Below are positions 29,029 to 39,765 of a DNA stretch of 64,000 bases, piece after piece (positions within the stretch are counted from its first letter, which is position 1; the number at the start of each line of letters is the position of its first letter). The notes under the pieces are model-generated. The model did not search any database. It was given only the letters and a program-made list of their open reading frames with translations, and was not told where the DNA came from. This DNA comes from an uncultured Acidobacteriota bacterium (GTDB taxonomy: Bacteria > Acidobacteriota > Thermoanaerobaculia > UBA5066): positions 1,728,001 through 1,792,000 of the forward strand of contig CAVZYA010000001.1 of NCBI GenBank assembly GCA_963779415.1. The letters run 5' to 3'. Position numbers and translations under genes: made by a program.

Positions 29029-29612
29029 TCGACCGGAAGAGTCTTTCCGTCCTCGCCGTGGCGGCGGTGGCCGCCGCCGTTCTCGCTTACGTCGCCAGGG
29101 ACTCGCTCCGCGCGCCGACGACCATCCGGGCCCTCCCGGCCGCGTCGGCGAGCCTCCCGGCGACGGCCACCGCCTCGTCCCGGACGGTCTCCCTTCCGGA
29201 CGGCGGAACGCGCGACCTCGCCGATCCGCCGGGGAAGCTCCTGATCCTCCACTACTGGGCCACCTGGTGCCCTCCCTGCGTCTCGGAGTTTCCGGATCTC
29301 GCCCGCTTCTGGAAGGAGTACGGAAAGAAGCCGGGCCTCGAGCTCCTCGCCGTCTCCGTAGACGAGGATTGGCGAACGGTGGACGACTGGCTGAAAAAGA
29401 ACGGGATCACCGGCATCCCGCTGGCCCTCGACCCGCGGCGCACGAGCGCGAAGGCGTTCGGGACGGAGAAGTTCCCCGAGACTTACGTCCTCTCCCCCTC
29501 CGGGGAGGTGGTGGACAAGTTCGTCGGGGCGATCCTCTGGTCGGATCCGGCCCTCCGGAAGCGGATCGACGAGCTTCTGGCGGCCTACCCCCCGGTCCGC
29601 GCCGGGGGATGA
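29025..29612 (+). CDS. TlpA/ResA-like thiol-disulfide oxidoreductase
   Basis: N-terminal anchor, YWATWCPPC, FPETY. Confidence 0.92.
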   Translation: MIDRKSLSVLAVAAVAAAVLAYVARDSLRAPTTIRALPAASASLPATATASSRTVSLPDGGTRDLADPPGKLLILHYWATWCPPCVSEFPDLARFWKEYGKKPGLELLAVSVDEDWRTVDDWLKKNGITGIPLALDPRRTSAKAFGTEKFPETYVLSPSGEVVDKFVGAILWSDPALRKRIDELLAAYPPVRAGG

Positions 29613-29663
29613 AGCCGAACTTTTTCCCGTGGAGCTTCGTTTAACCCGAGGAGGAGAGACGCG

Positions 29664-30245
29664 ATGCGAGAGCTCCGGTCCGCCGTAAATGCCGTTTTCC
29701 TCTTCTTCGTCTTCCTCTTCGTCTATGCGGTCGTCTCTCCCGGCCACGCCAGGGCGAGCGCCCACTCCCCCCGCTTTCTCCGGATGACGATCGAGGACCC
29801 GGAGGGGCGCCACGGCCACCCCGACCGGATCTCCTTCTCGGTCCCGTACGGCTTCATCCGGGGGGGGCTCCGGTTCGCCAGCCTCGGCAGGCTGCATCGC
29901 GAGCTGGACCTTCACCTCGGGGATCCCGTGGCGGCGGACGAGGTTCAGTCGATATGGAAGGAGATCTCGGAGAAACCGGAAGGAACCGAGATCGTCCGGA
30001 AGCGGGACGGAGAGGAGCTGACGCTCAAACGCGAAGGGGCCACCCTCACGGTCGTCCAGAAGAAGGACGACAGCCCCGACGAGACGGTCACACTCCGGAT
30101 CCCGGTGAAGCTCCTCGAGGCCGTCGCCGCGAAAGACCGGAGCCTCGACGTCGACGCGATCCTCTCCGAGCTCAAGAATCTCGACCGGGGAGAGCTTCTG
30201 GACGTCAAAGCCCGGGACGCCCGGGTCCGCGTCTGGATCGAATGA
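29664..30245 (+). CDS. Exported hypothetical protein
   Basis: GAGGAGG RBS, signal peptide, protein-like composition. Confidence 0.75.
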   Translation: MRELRSAVNAVFLFFVFLFVYAVVSPGHARASAHSPRFLRMTIEDPEGRHGHPDRISFSVPYGFIRGGLRFASLGRLHRELDLHLGDPVAADEVQSIWKEISEKPEGTEIVRKRDGEELTLKREGATLTVVQKKDDSPDETVTLRIPVKLLEAVAAKDRSLDVDAILSELKNLDRGELLDVKARDARVRVWIE

Positions 30246-30249
30246 TGTT

Positions 30250-30302
30250 CGGGGGGTGCGACGTCCCTTCGATCAGGAGTCATGCCGGGTTCGCACCCCC
30301 CG
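30250..30302. repeat. REP-like palindrome, copy 1
   Basis: cggggggtgcga...tcgcaccccccg 12-bp inverted repeat between convergent genes; homologous to 44923-44975. Confidence 0.7.
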
Positions 30303-30338
30303 CGCCCCCCTGATCCGTCACCAGGTCATCCGGCGACG

Positions 30339-30881
30339 CTACTCGTCTTCGAAGGGATCCCGCCCCATCTCCTCGATGATCCGGTCGAGCCGGTAGTGGC
30401 ACGGCCCGAAGACGAACTTGATCTCGCCGTGCTCGCAGACGACGTCCCTCACGTGGACCGAAAGCTCCGGCGGGAGAACCGGGTTCAGGTTGATCACGAC
30501 GACGCGCTCGTCCGGGTAGAAGAAGGCCCGTCCGGGAGGCTGGTGCATCACGACTTTCCGGAGGATCCAGTTCGGGATCGGGATGACGCCGAAGACCTTG
30601 AGGTCGACGATCGCGAATCCGAGGAAGCCGTCCTTGAGGCGGAGAGACTCGAGGTGGCCGCGAAAGAGAATCCGGATCCGCTTCCGGACCCGGACCGTGA
30701 GCCCCAGCCGGCCGTTCTCCGGCTCGACGAGGATCTCCTCGATCTCGGGGACGTTCCGGACGGCTTTTCGGGCGACGGCGTTCAGCGTCGTCGCGTCGAC
30801 GGCCACCACGAGCCCGTCCCAGCGAACGGTCAAGGACGGCAGATCGGCGAAAGGCGTGACGAGTTCGGCGCCAGGTTTCAC
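30339..30881 (-). CDS. Hypothetical protein (possibly lipid-binding beta fold)
   Basis: Protein-like ORF with alternating hydrophobic strands; start uncertain. Confidence 0.65.
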   Translation of the reverse strand: MKPGAELVTPFADLPSLTVRWDGLVVAVDATTLNAVARKAVRNVPEIEEILVEPENGRLGLTVRVRKRIRILFRGHLESLRLKDGFLGFAIVDLKVFGVIPIPNWILRKVVMHQPPGRAFFYPDERVVVINLNPVLPPELSVHVRDVVCEHGEIKFVFGPCHYRLDRIIEEMGRDPFEDE

Positions 30882-30927
30882 GGAGCCATGAGAAACCCGG
30901 CGGACGCCCCGCGTCAAGGGGCCGGAG

Positions 30928-31914
30928 TCACCGGATGACATAGGCGACGGCAAAGCCGATCTGAGCCGACATCATCATCAGGTACATATGGGTCCAGGAC
31001 GGGTGGTTTTCGGTGGCCGAAAGCTCGTCCGGATTCCGCATCAGGAGCCAGACCGTATAGGAGCCCCAGGCCGCAAGGAGAAGGCCGAGGGCCGAGAGGA
31101 GCACCGGATTCCCCGTGAGGAGGCGCTGGCCGGGCACCAGGGGATCGTCGAGGTGCGCGAGGAGCGGGAGGAGCAGCCATGGAGCGATGAAGAACGGGGC
31201 GATGATCCGGACGGCTTTCCGGTTGCCGTAGACGACCGGAAGAGTGCGGCACCCTCCCGCGCGATCGCCCGCGACGTCCGAGAAGTCCTTCGTCGAGGTC
31301 GCCCCGACGAGGAAGAGGGCGAAGAGGAGCCCGATCACCCACGGCTCGAGGCAGCCGGCCGAGGCGACGAGCGTCCACCCCGCGACCTTCAGCCAGCAGC
31401 CGCGTGGAAGCGCGATCGTGATGTTGGCCCAGATCCCGAATCGCTTGGTCCGTCCGAAGGCGGGAGCGGAGTAGACGAGCGTCGCGAGAAATCCGCCGAG
31501 GAAGAGGAAGAAGCACTGGTGTCGCGAGAGAGGCGCCGCCGCCCGCTCCCAGAAGGATCCCGTCGACGGCACCACGATCCACCAGACCGGGACGAGGGCG
31601 AGGACGTAGAGGGCCACCGTGAGCCGCCACGCCGACGGAACGGACGCTTCGCCCGTCACGAGCGGCCGGTCGGGTTTGTTGACACGGTCCACCTCGAGAT
31701 CCGTGATCTGGTTCAGCACGTTCGAGGCGGCGTTCAGGAGCGACGCGCAGAGCGATCCGAATGTGACGACCGCGAGGATCGCGAGCGTGACGCGTCTTGC
31801 GGGATCCGGGTTGTGGGCGCTGCCGAAGGCGCAGACCGCCCCGGAGAGGATCCCGAGAAGCGGCGGCAGGAGGGTGAAGGGACGCGTCAGCCGGACGACG
31901 ATCGAAAGCTTCAC
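30928..31914 (-). CDS. UbiA-superfamily prenyltransferase (DGGGPS/HPT/ChlG-like)
   Basis: LTRPFT, NQITDLEVDRVNKPDRPL, YSAP, KDFSDVAGDRAGGCRTLPV; multiple TM helices. Confidence 0.9.
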   Translation of the reverse strand: MKLSIVVRLTRPFTLLPPLLGILSGAVCAFGSAHNPDPARRVTLAILAVVTFGSLCASLLNAASNVLNQITDLEVDRVNKPDRPLVTGEASVPSAWRLTVALYVLALVPVWWIVVPSTGSFWERAAAPLSRHQCFFLFLGGFLATLVYSAPAFGRTKRFGIWANITIALPRGCWLKVAGWTLVASAGCLEPWVIGLLFALFLVGATSTKDFSDVAGDRAGGCRTLPVVYGNRKAVRIIAPFFIAPWLLLPLLAHLDDPLVPGQRLLTGNPVLLSALGLLLAAWGSYTVWLLMRNPDELSATENHPSWTHMYLMMMSAQIGFAVAYVIR

Positions 31915-33254
31915 GGAAGACCTCCCGCTCCGGAGACGAGAAGGGCGACCCAGGCTCCGGTGAGCGTGTTGACGAAATTGAGGACGTGCCCGCTCGAGAG
32001 GCGCCACGGCGCGCCGTCCCTCCCGAGAAGGCTCTCGACGACCGTCCCGGCCGTCGCCGCGAGGACGACGACGGGAATGCCGGCCGGGGCGATCCAGCCG
32101 GAAAGGGCCGCAACGGTCCCGACGAGGAGCGCACCGAGAAGCCCGGCGAGCGTCCCGGCGATGGAGACCGCTCCGTCGGTTCCGGGAGCGACTCGCCGGA
32201 AGTCCGGAAGGAGGACGGTCGCCGACCGGATCGCCTGTCCCATCTCGGTTCCCGTCGTATCCATCAGCGCCGTCGCGAAGGCCGCCGCCACCGCGAGCCG
32301 AAAGGACGCCGCCCCGGCCGGTGCGAGGGCCGCGGCGAGAACGAAGAAGGCCGGGACGGAGACGTTCGCGAGGACGTTCGCGGCGCCCCGGCGCCCGCCC
32401 GCCTCCTCTCCCTTTCCCATCGCCTCCTTCCGCCGGCGACCGAAGCGGGTCGCGAGCGTCCCGGCGCCGAAGAAGAGCCAGAGGAGGGCGTAGGCCGGAG
32501 CCCCGCCGAACGCGAGCACGGCGGTACCGAAAACGAAACCCGAAAGGGCGCCTGACGGCCGGACGATCCGGAGCCACGCGGCGAGAAGGGCAATCGCGAG
32601 GTTGATCGCTGCGCTCCACGCCAGCGTTCGCCCGAAAGCGGGTGAAAGAAGAAGGCCCCATCCCGGCAGGGTCGCCAGAAGGGTGGCGAGCGATCCCGCT
32701 CCGACGAGAGGAGGGAGGATGTTGTCGTTCAGCTCGGCGGGAAGGCTCTCCACGGCGGCTCCCACGAGCGAGGCGAGGACGATCGCGAGCAACTCCGCGG
32801 GAGATGCCGGGATGTGGCGGACGAATCCGAAGACGAGCGCCGCCGTGAGGCTTCCGACGAGGACGTAGGCGAAAAGGCCGACGAGACTCTTCTTCCTGTT
32901 CCAGGAGAGTCGCGGGCCGCCGAGGGACATCCCCGCAAGCGCCGCCGCAGCGTCTCCGAACGCGAGAAGAGCCCACCCCGCCGCGGCAATCTCGAGGCGG
33001 TCCCGCCAGAGGAGGATCAGGATGAGAACGACGACCGGGTAGACGAGGATTCCCGCGGAGTGGGTCCGCCCCTCTTCCTCCTCCCGGAGAAGCCCCCGCC
33101 CGCCGAGCCTCGGAAGGGCGAGGACGTTGAAGAGGAAGGCGGCGAGCGCCGCGGCCGCGGCCACCTTCCACGAGAGGATGCGGAGAAAGAGCGAGAAGAG
33201 CCCCGACCCGCAGTGGACGGCCTTGCGGGCCCACTCGACGCGCGGGATCCTCAC
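31911..33254 (-). CDS. Polyprenol-kinase-like (SEC59/VTE5) domain fused to DUF92 (VTE6/TMEM19-like)
   Basis: RKAVH, FGDAAAALAG, KKSLVG, NDNI; then GRRGAANVLAN, DTTGTEMG, PGTDGAVS, ESLLG, LNFVNT. Confidence 0.85.
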   Translation of the reverse strand: MRIPRVEWARKAVHCGSGLFSLFLRILSWKVAAAAALAAFLFNVLALPRLGGRGLLREEEEGRTHSAGILVYPVVVLILILLWRDRLEIAAAGWALLAFGDAAAALAGMSLGGPRLSWNRKKSLVGLFAYVLVGSLTAALVFGFVRHIPASPAELLAIVLASLVGAAVESLPAELNDNILPPLVGAGSLATLLATLPGWGLLLSPAFGRTLAWSAAINLAIALLAAWLRIVRPSGALSGFVFGTAVLAFGGAPAYALLWLFFGAGTLATRFGRRRKEAMGKGEEAGGRRGAANVLANVSVPAFFVLAAALAPAGAASFRLAVAAAFATALMDTTGTEMGQAIRSATVLLPDFRRVAPGTDGAVSIAGTLAGLLGALLVGTVAALSGWIAPAGIPVVVLAATAGTVVESLLGRDGAPWRLSSGHVLNFVNTLTGAWVALLVSGAGGLP

Positions 33255-35458
33255 TGGGCGAGGCTCCCTCTCACGTCGAGGAAGCTCCCGATGTTCTTCA
33301 GGTTGAGGGCGATCCGGAAGTCGCGCGAGGGGATCGTGCCGACCAGGATGTCGCGATACTCAAAAAGGATCTTGTAGCAGGAGCCCTGGAACGTCAGGAG
33401 CGAGCGCCACTCGAGCATCTTCGAGTTCGTCAGGTCGTAGTTCGCGGAGAGATCGAGGCGCAGGAGGTTCTTGAGAATCGGAGCCCCGCCGAAGAAGCGG
33501 ATCTGCGAGGAGGCTGCGGACGGCACGTCCACGCCGGGGGGCGGCGGAGCGACGACGGGATTCGAGTAGAAATACGAAAGCGCGACCGACGAGTCGCCCG
33601 AGACCCAGTTCGTCGTGAGGCTCGACGAGGTCAGCTGTTTCGCGTTCATGTCCCATGACGCCCGCCCGTCGAGGTTGAAGCCCGGACCGGCGACGACCCG
33701 GAGGATCGTGTCGATCGGGCCCTGCTTCGACGCGAGAGGGCTCGGACCGAAGCTGGTCCCGGCCCCCGGGAGCGTGAAGTAGTAGGTCTGTCCGATCTCG
33801 AGCGAAGCGATCTCGCGGGCGCTCCCCGTCTTGGCCTTCGCGAGAAGCCGCTGGACCAGAGCGTACCGGACGGCGTTCGTCGCGGTCACGGCGTCGATCT
33901 CGTCGAAGAGAGGTGTTTGCGCGAGGGTCCCGGGGTCGCTCTGGTAGGTGTAGTCGATCCGCGGCTCGATCACGTGCTTGAGCTTCGTGTAGTCGCCCCA
34001 CTTTACGTCGAAGATCCGCGAGAACGACGGCCCCGTCAGCTCCAGAGCGGCCGTGCCGTAGAGACGGTTATACGTTTCGGGGAGGAGCAGGGTGCCCGTC
34101 GGGTCGAGCGACATTCCGTAGGACGTCAGACGGGCGCCGCCGGACGCCTGGGCCGAGAACCACGGAGCGATCGGAAGCGGGACGGAGACGCTGGGGAAGA
34201 GGTCGAACCGGCTGTACGACCCGGAAGGCTGTCCGGGCCCGCGGTTGGCGAGGAGAAGGCCCGCCTGGCCGGTCGCCTCGACGAAGGCCGCGTTCGAGAA
34301 GACGGGGATCGGGCGGAGAGACGCCTCGAGCGCCGGCTCGCGCTCGAGGATCACGTTCGTCGTCCCGAGAATCGCCTCCTCCCGGGTGTACCGCAGGTTC
34401 AGCGAGAACGGGTCCGGGTTCCACGTCAGAAAGGCGTCGGAGCCGATGCTCCGGGCGGAGGCGAGATTGAAGCTCGTCTCGTAGCCCTGCCAGAAGTTGA
34501 CGTCCGAGTAGTTGAGCCAGTTCACGACCCCGCGGATCCGCGGGGCGATGTCGTCGCTCACGAGGGTCCCCGCGGTCTTCCACTGCCAGGTGCTCGCGCC
34601 GGGGTCCCAGACCGTGTAGTAAAGGCCCGAGAAGCGCGTCCCGACGGTCGGGCGGGCCCGGAACTCGGTCCCGATGCCGTACCACCCCTTCGTGTAGAGG
34701 TCGCCGACGAACGTCGCGTCTGCGGAGCGGGAGATGGCCCAGTAGTACGAGAGTCCGAGGTAGCCCCCGCGGTCCGAGTTGTAGCCGACGGTCGGGATCA
34801 TGAATCCGGAGGCCCTGTCACGCAGGACGGGCCAGACGAGATAGGGAAGGTAGAGGAGCGGGACTCCTCCCATCCGGAAGGTCGTCGCCGAGAAGTGCGC
34901 GTACTCCTCGAGAGTGAAGCGCCCCCGGCTCGTCGTGAACTCCCAGGCCGGCTTCTCTCCTTCACACCCCGTGATCCGACCATCGGTCATCGTGAAGCTG
35001 CGCGGTCCGACCTTCGCGAGGAGGGCGCCGCGCAGGTGGACGCCTCCCTCGAGATCCAGCTTTCCGTCCGTGACGACACCCACCTTCTCGGCGAGGTCGA
35101 AGTCGATCCTCTCTCCGGTGAGGCGCGACTTTCCCTGCTCGAGGACGACGTCTCCTTCGGCCACGACCGTCTTCTTCCCGAGGTTCGCCCTCACCTTCCG
35201 GGCCGTGAGCCGGATGTCCTGGTAGGTGACCGTCACGAACTTCCCGGGCGGCGCTTCCGCCTCCCAGGTCGATTCCCCGACGAGCGTCTGGTGGCCCGGG
35301 GCCCCCCCCGCCTCCCCCTCCGGCACGGAGACGTGGATCTCGCCTCCCTTCTCCGGCGCCCGGAACTTCAGGTCGAAGTTCGCCCGCTCCTTGAAGCGGG
35401 TGGCGAAGGGGTCCGTGTCGAAGGACGACTGCGCGGCGACCTCCAGGGGCGAGGCCAC
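33251..35458 (-). CDS. lptD: LPS-assembly outer membrane protein LptD (start may be slightly upstream)
   Basis: Jelly-roll N-domain, ITGCE..PAWEF, PLLYLPY, RASGFMIP, KHVIEP, C-terminal beta-barrel. Confidence 0.9.
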   Translation of the reverse strand: MASPLEVAAQSSFDTDPFATRFKERANFDLKFRAPEKGGEIHVSVPEGEAGGAPGHQTLVGESTWEAEAPPGKFVTVTYQDIRLTARKVRANLGKKTVVAEGDVVLEQGKSRLTGERIDFDLAEKVGVVTDGKLDLEGGVHLRGALLAKVGPRSFTMTDGRITGCEGEKPAWEFTTSRGRFTLEEYAHFSATTFRMGGVPLLYLPYLVWPVLRDRASGFMIPTVGYNSDRGGYLGLSYYWAISRSADATFVGDLYTKGWYGIGTEFRARPTVGTRFSGLYYTVWDPGASTWQWKTAGTLVSDDIAPRIRGVVNWLNYSDVNFWQGYETSFNLASARSIGSDAFLTWNPDPFSLNLRYTREEAILGTTNVILEREPALEASLRPIPVFSNAAFVEATGQAGLLLANRGPGQPSGSYSRFDLFPSVSVPLPIAPWFSAQASGGARLTSYGMSLDPTGTLLLPETYNRLYGTAALELTGPSFSRIFDVKWGDYTKLKHVIEPRIDYTYQSDPGTLAQTPLFDEIDAVTATNAVRYALVQRLLAKAKTGSAREIASLEIGQTYYFTLPGAGTSFGPSPLASKQGPIDTILRVVAGPGFNLDGRASWDMNAKQLTSSSLTTNWVSGDSSVALSYFYSNPVVAPPPPGVDVPSAASSQIRFFGGAPILKNLLRLDLSANYDLTNSKMLEWRSLLTFQGSCYKILFEYRDILVGTIPSRDFRIALNLKNIGSFLDVRGSLAQ

Positions 35459-35499
35459 AAGGAGAAGGACGAGGACGGCGCGCTGCGCCGCCGCCCGGC

Positions 35500-36162
35500 T
35501 CAGAGACGCATCTCCAGGACCGTCCCGAAGGCCTCGAGGGGCGGCTCCGTCGCGGCCCGGATCTCCTCGACCGAAACGCCCGGAGCCCGCTCGACGAGCC
35601 GGAGGCCGCCCCCCGGCTTCACGTCGAGGACGGCGAGGTCGGTGATGATCCGGTGGACGCAGCGGCGCCCCGTGAGGGGAAGCGTGCAGCGCGTCAGGAT
35701 CTTCTTCTCGCCGCTCTTCGCGACGTGCTCCATCGTCACGACGACGCGTCTCGCTGCCGCGACGAGGTCCATCGCGCCCCCCATCCCCTTGACGAGCCGG
35801 CCCGGGATCATCCAGTTCGCGAGCGAGCCCTCCGCGTCCACCTGCATCGCTCCGAGGATGCAGAGGTCGACATGGCCGCCGCGGATCATCGCGAACGACT
35901 CGGCCGAGGAGAAGAAGGACGCGCCGGGAAGGACAGTGACCGTCTCCTTGCCGGCGTTGATCAGGTCGGCGTCCACCTCGGCCTCGGTCGGATACGGACC
36001 CATCCCGAGGATCCCGTTCTCGGACTGGAGGATCACCTCCATCCCGGCGGGAATGGCGTTCGAGACGAGGGTCGGCATCCCGATTCCGAGGTTCACGTAC
36101 ATGCCGTCGCGGAGCTCCTGCGCCGCGCGCTTCACGATTCCATCCCGGTCCAGCTTCGGCAT
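35500..36162 (-). CDS. scoB: 3-oxoacid CoA-transferase subunit B
   Basis: [21 protein letters not shown]. Confidence 0.93.
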   Translation of the reverse strand: MPKLDRDGIVKRAAQELRDGMYVNLGIGMPTLVSNAIPAGMEVILQSENGILGMGPYPTEAEVDADLINAGKETVTVLPGASFFSSAESFAMIRGGHVDLCILGAMQVDAEGSLANWMIPGRLVKGMGGAMDLVAAARRVVVTMEHVAKSGEKKILTRCTLPLTGRRCVHRIITDLAVLDVKPGGGLRLVERAPGVSVEEIRAATEPPLEAFGTVLEMRL

Positions 36163-36165
36163 GGC

Positions 36166-36879
36166 CTACCCCTTCCTCACGGTCCGCCGCTCGATCCGCT
36201 TGACGCGGGGCGCGACGACGACTCGGTGGACGTAGATGCCAGGGGTGTCGATCTCGTCGGGTGGAAGAGCGCCCACCGGTACCAGCTCCTCCACCTCGGC
36301 GATCGTGACGCGGCCCGCGGTCGCGACCATCGGGTTGAAGTTCCGGGCCGTCTTCCGGTAGACGAGATTGCCGAGCCGGTCTCCCTTCCAGGCCGCCACG
36401 AGCGCGAACTCCCCCGTGATGCCCCGTTCGAGGACGTACTCGCGCCCGTCGAACTCGCGCGTCTCCTTCCCCTCCGCCACGACCGTTCCGACTCCGGCGG
36501 GCGTGTAGAACCCGGCGATTCCCGCCCCTCCCGCCCGCAGTCGCTCGGCAAGCGTCCCCTGAGGGCAGAACTCGAGCTCCAGCTCCTTCGCGAGATATTG
36601 CCGCTCGAACTCGGCGTTCTCGCCCACGTAGGAGGAGAGCATCTTCCGGATCTTCCGCTTCCCGAGGAGGATCCCGAGCCCCCAGTCGTCGACGCCGCAG
36701 TTGTTCGAAACGCAGGTCAGGTCCGAGACGTCCCGCTCCGCGAGCGCGAGGATGAGGTTCTCGGGAATGCCGCAGAGGCCGAAACCCCCGACGAGGAGCG
36801 TGGCTCCCGAGGGAATGTCCGCGACCGCCGCGGTGGCGGCCTCCCGCGGCGTCGCCGCCTTCATCACCTTGTCGATCAT
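36166..36879 (-). CDS. scoA: 3-oxoacid CoA-transferase subunit A
   Basis: [30 protein letters not shown]. Confidence 0.93.
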   Translation of the reverse strand: MIDKVMKAATPREAATAAVADIPSGATLLVGGFGLCGIPENLILALAERDVSDLTCVSNNCGVDDWGLGILLGKRKIRKMLSSYVGENAEFERQYLAKELELEFCPQGTLAERLRAGGAGIAGFYTPAGVGTVVAEGKETREFDGREYVLERGITGEFALVAAWKGDRLGNLVYRKTARNFNPMVATAGRVTIAEVEELVPVGALPPDEIDTPGIYVHRVVVAPRVKRIERRTVRKG

Positions 36880-36937
36880 GTCGTCTCCAAAGGGACGCAC
36901 TATCGCGTCCCCCGTCCCCCTTGGCCGCCTCGCGCCG

Positions 36938-38122
36938 TCAGAGCGCTTCCACCACCATGGCGACCGCTTCGCCGCCGCCGATGCAGATCGAGGCGAGGCC
37001 GTATTTCTTCTTCCGCGCCCGGAGGGCGTGGACGAGCGTCGTCAGGATACGGGCCCCGGAGGCCCCGATCGGGTGCCCGAGCGCCACGGCCCCCCCATTG
37101 ACGTTGACCCGGTTCGGGTCGAGGTCGAGATCCCTGATGAACGCCATCCCGACGACGGCGAAGGCTTCGTTGACCTCGACGAGGTCGATGTCCGAGAGGG
37201 CGAGGCCCGCACGCTCGACGGCCTTGCGAGCCGCGGCGATGGGCGCCGTCGTGAACCATTCCGGCTCCTGGGCATGCGAGGCCTGGGCCAGGATCCGGGC
37301 GATCGGGCGCGAAGCCTCGGCCGCGGCCGCCGCCTCGGTCGCCAGGACGAGAGCCGACGCCCCGTCGTTGATCTTGGAGGCGTTCGCCGCCGTGACGGTG
37401 CCGTCCTTCTGGAAGGCCGGCTTGAGCGATCCCATCTTCTCGAGCTTCTCCAGCGGGGTCGCGAACGGTTCCTCGTCCCGGTCCACGGTCGTGGGCCCTT
37501 TCTTTCCTTCGATCGTCACGTTCGCGAACTCGGCCTTGAAATCGCCCGCCTCGTTCGCGCGCCGGGCCCGCTGATAGCTCTCGAGGGCGTAAGCGTCCTG
37601 CGCCTCGCGCGAGAGCGCGTATTTGCCCGCGCAGAGCTCGGCGCAGTTTCCCATGTGGACGTTCTTGTAGGGGTCCCAGAGCCCGTCCGAGATCATGGAG
37701 TCGAGGAGTTGGGCGTGTCCCATCCGGTAGCCGGTCCGCGCTTTCGGGAGAAGGTAGGGAGCGTTCGACATCGACTCCATCCCGCCCGCGACGACCACGG
37801 AGAACTCCCCTGTCCGGAGGGCATTGGCGCCGTCCATGACCGAGCGGAGCCCCGACCCGCAGACCTTGTGTACCGTCACGCATCCGGTTCCCTTCGGGAG
37901 GCCGGCGCCCAGGGCGGCCTGGCGCGCCGGCGCCTGGCCGGAGCCCGCCTGAAGGACGTTGCCGAACCAGACGTGCTCCACCTGCTCGGGGGCCACGTCG
38001 GCCCTCTCGACGGCGGCCTTGATGGCCACCGCGCCGAGCTGGGGGGCGGTGAGAGTCGAGAGCGCTCCGAGAAACGACCCGATGGGGGTCCGGACCGCGG
38101 AGAGGATGAGGACGTCGTTCAT
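36938..38122 (-). CDS. atoB: Acetyl-CoA acetyltransferase (thiolase)
   Basis: [29 protein letters not shown]. Confidence 0.96.
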   Translation of the reverse strand: MNDVLILSAVRTPIGSFLGALSTLTAPQLGAVAIKAAVERADVAPEQVEHVWFGNVLQAGSGQAPARQAALGAGLPKGTGCVTVHKVCGSGLRSVMDGANALRTGEFSVVVAGGMESMSNAPYLLPKARTGYRMGHAQLLDSMISDGLWDPYKNVHMGNCAELCAGKYALSREAQDAYALESYQRARRANEAGDFKAEFANVTIEGKKGPTTVDRDEEPFATPLEKLEKMGSLKPAFQKDGTVTAANASKINDGASALVLATEAAAAAEASRPIARILAQASHAQEPEWFTTAPIAAARKAVERAGLALSDIDLVEVNEAFAVVGMAFIRDLDLDPNRVNVNGGAVALGHPIGASGARILTTLVHALRARKKKYGLASICIGGGEAVAMVVEAL

Positions 38123-38243
38123 GGGAAGGAAACCTCCATCCGGCAGCCGGCACGCCGGGAGGCGACCGGGCATCGGCCGCGATTGTAGCCGCAGGCTCCC
38201 TCCCCGTATGCGGCGATCCGGAGGCGGCTGCTACGATTCCCCC

Positions 38244-38660
38244 GTGCGCCTCCTCGCCGTCGATTTCGGGGAGAAACGGATCGGCCTCGCCGTCTCCGAC
38301 GCCCGTGGCACGGTCGTCGTCCCGGTCGGCGCGGTGGCCCGCAAAAGCGATGGGCAGGCCGCGGCCGCGATCGCCGAGGAAGCCCGGGAGCGCGGCGTCG
38401 GGAGGCTCGTGGTGGGTCATCCGCTCCGCAGCGGCGGGGTGGAGACGCTTCTCGCCCGCCGGGCGCGCAACTTCGCCCGCCGGCTCGCCGAGGTCTCTGG
38501 GCTCCCCGTCGACCTCCACGGCGAGGCGCTCACGTCCCGTGCCGCCGAGGAGGCACTCGAAGGGGCGGGAGTCCCGGCGGCGCGTCGCGCCGCCGCGCGC
38601 GACGCGGAGGCCGCTGCCGTGCTCCTTCGCGACTACCTGGCCGCTCGGGACGGTCCCTAG
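38244..38660 (+). CDS. ruvX: Holliday junction resolvase-like RuvX/YqgF
   Basis: LAVDFGEKRIGLAVSD, VVGHP, EALTS, DAEAAAVLL. Confidence 0.9.
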   Translation: MRLLAVDFGEKRIGLAVSDARGTVVVPVGAVARKSDGQAAAAIAEEARERGVGRLVVGHPLRSGGVETLLARRARNFARRLAEVSGLPVDLHGEALTSRAAEEALEGAGVPAARRAAARDAEAAAVLLRDYLAARDGP

Positions 38661-38670
38661 GGGAGTGCGC

Positions 38671-39744
38671 ATGTTCGGGAGCACCCACGCCCGAAAGCGC
38701 CACGTCTACCCGATCCTCGTCTGGGCGGTGGTCGCGATCCTCGTCGTCGCGGCCGCCTTCGCCGGTCTCGTCTTCGTCGCCGTGAAGATGCCGTTCAAGG
38801 GTTACGCGGCGGATTCGGCCTTCCTCGACATCGCCCCGAGGACGACGACTTTCGCGATCCTCGAATCGCTCGAGAAGGAAGGGGTCCTCCGCGACTGGAG
38901 GCTCGGCCTCGTCGCGCTCCGCCTCCTCCATCCCGGAAAGACGCTCAAGGCGGGCGAATACCGCTTCGCGGGGGAAAGAACTCCGGAGCAGGTGATTCTC
39001 ACGATCGTGGCGGGGGACGTCGTCACCTACCGGATCACCGTCCCCGAAGGATTTTCCGCGGACGAGGTTTTCACCCTCTTCGCCTCCCAGGGTTTCGGCT
39101 TTGCGGCCGACTACCGCTATCTGGACGCGCACCCGGCCGAGCTGGAAGGAGTCCCCGCGGGCGCCCCGTCCCTGGAAGGATTCCTCTTCCCCGAGACCTA
39201 CACGGTCACCCGGTCGATGTCGGCGCGCGAGATCGTCGCGATGATGACGCGGGCGTTCGCACGACGGCTTCCGCCCGATTACGAGGAGGAGGCTCGCCGC
39301 GTCGGGCTCACGCTGGTGGGGGCCGTGACGCTCGCCTCGCTCGTCGAGAAGGAGACCGCGATTTCTTATGAGCGGCCTCTCGTCTCGGCCGTCTACCTCA
39401 ACCGGATGAAGCACCGGATGCTCCTCCAGGCAGACCCGACGACGATCTATGCGCTGAAGCGCCTCGGCCAGTGGCGCGGGACGCTCGCCCGGTCGCAGCT
39501 CGCCGCGGAGGATCCGTACAACACGTACGTCACCCCGGGCCTCCCGCCCGGCCCGATCTGCAACCCCGGCCTCCCCGCGCTCGAGGCCGCGGTCCACCCC
39601 GCGCCGGAGGACTACCTCTTCTTCGTCTCCGCCGGCGACGGCTCCCACCAGTTTTCGTCCACCTTCGACGAGCACGGACGAAACGTGGCCCGCTATCTCG
39701 AGACGCGGCGCGCGCAGCGTGAATCTGCCCGGTCGCAACGCTAG
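38671..39744 (+). CDS. mltG: Endolytic transglycosylase MltG
   Basis: LKAGEY, VPEG, LEGFLFPETY, LASLVEKE, LQADPT, PYNTY, GLPPGPI. Confidence 0.96.
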   Translation: MFGSTHARKRHVYPILVWAVVAILVVAAAFAGLVFVAVKMPFKGYAADSAFLDIAPRTTTFAILESLEKEGVLRDWRLGLVALRLLHPGKTLKAGEYRFAGERTPEQVILTIVAGDVVTYRITVPEGFSADEVFTLFASQGFGFAADYRYLDAHPAELEGVPAGAPSLEGFLFPETYTVTRSMSAREIVAMMTRAFARRLPPDYEEEARRVGLTLVGAVTLASLVEKETAISYERPLVSAVYLNRMKHRMLLQADPTTIYALKRLGQWRGTLARSQLAAEDPYNTYVTPGLPPGPICNPGLPALEAAVHPAPEDYLFFVSAGDGSHQFSSTFDEHGRNVARYLETRRAQRESARSQR

Positions 39745-39765
39745 AATGCCGTCCGAGACCCCTCG

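Noticed and set aside
38505-38545. YqgF DERLT motif altered to GEALT
   Set aside because: The Glu and other acidic residues are retained; not enough to claim a changed function
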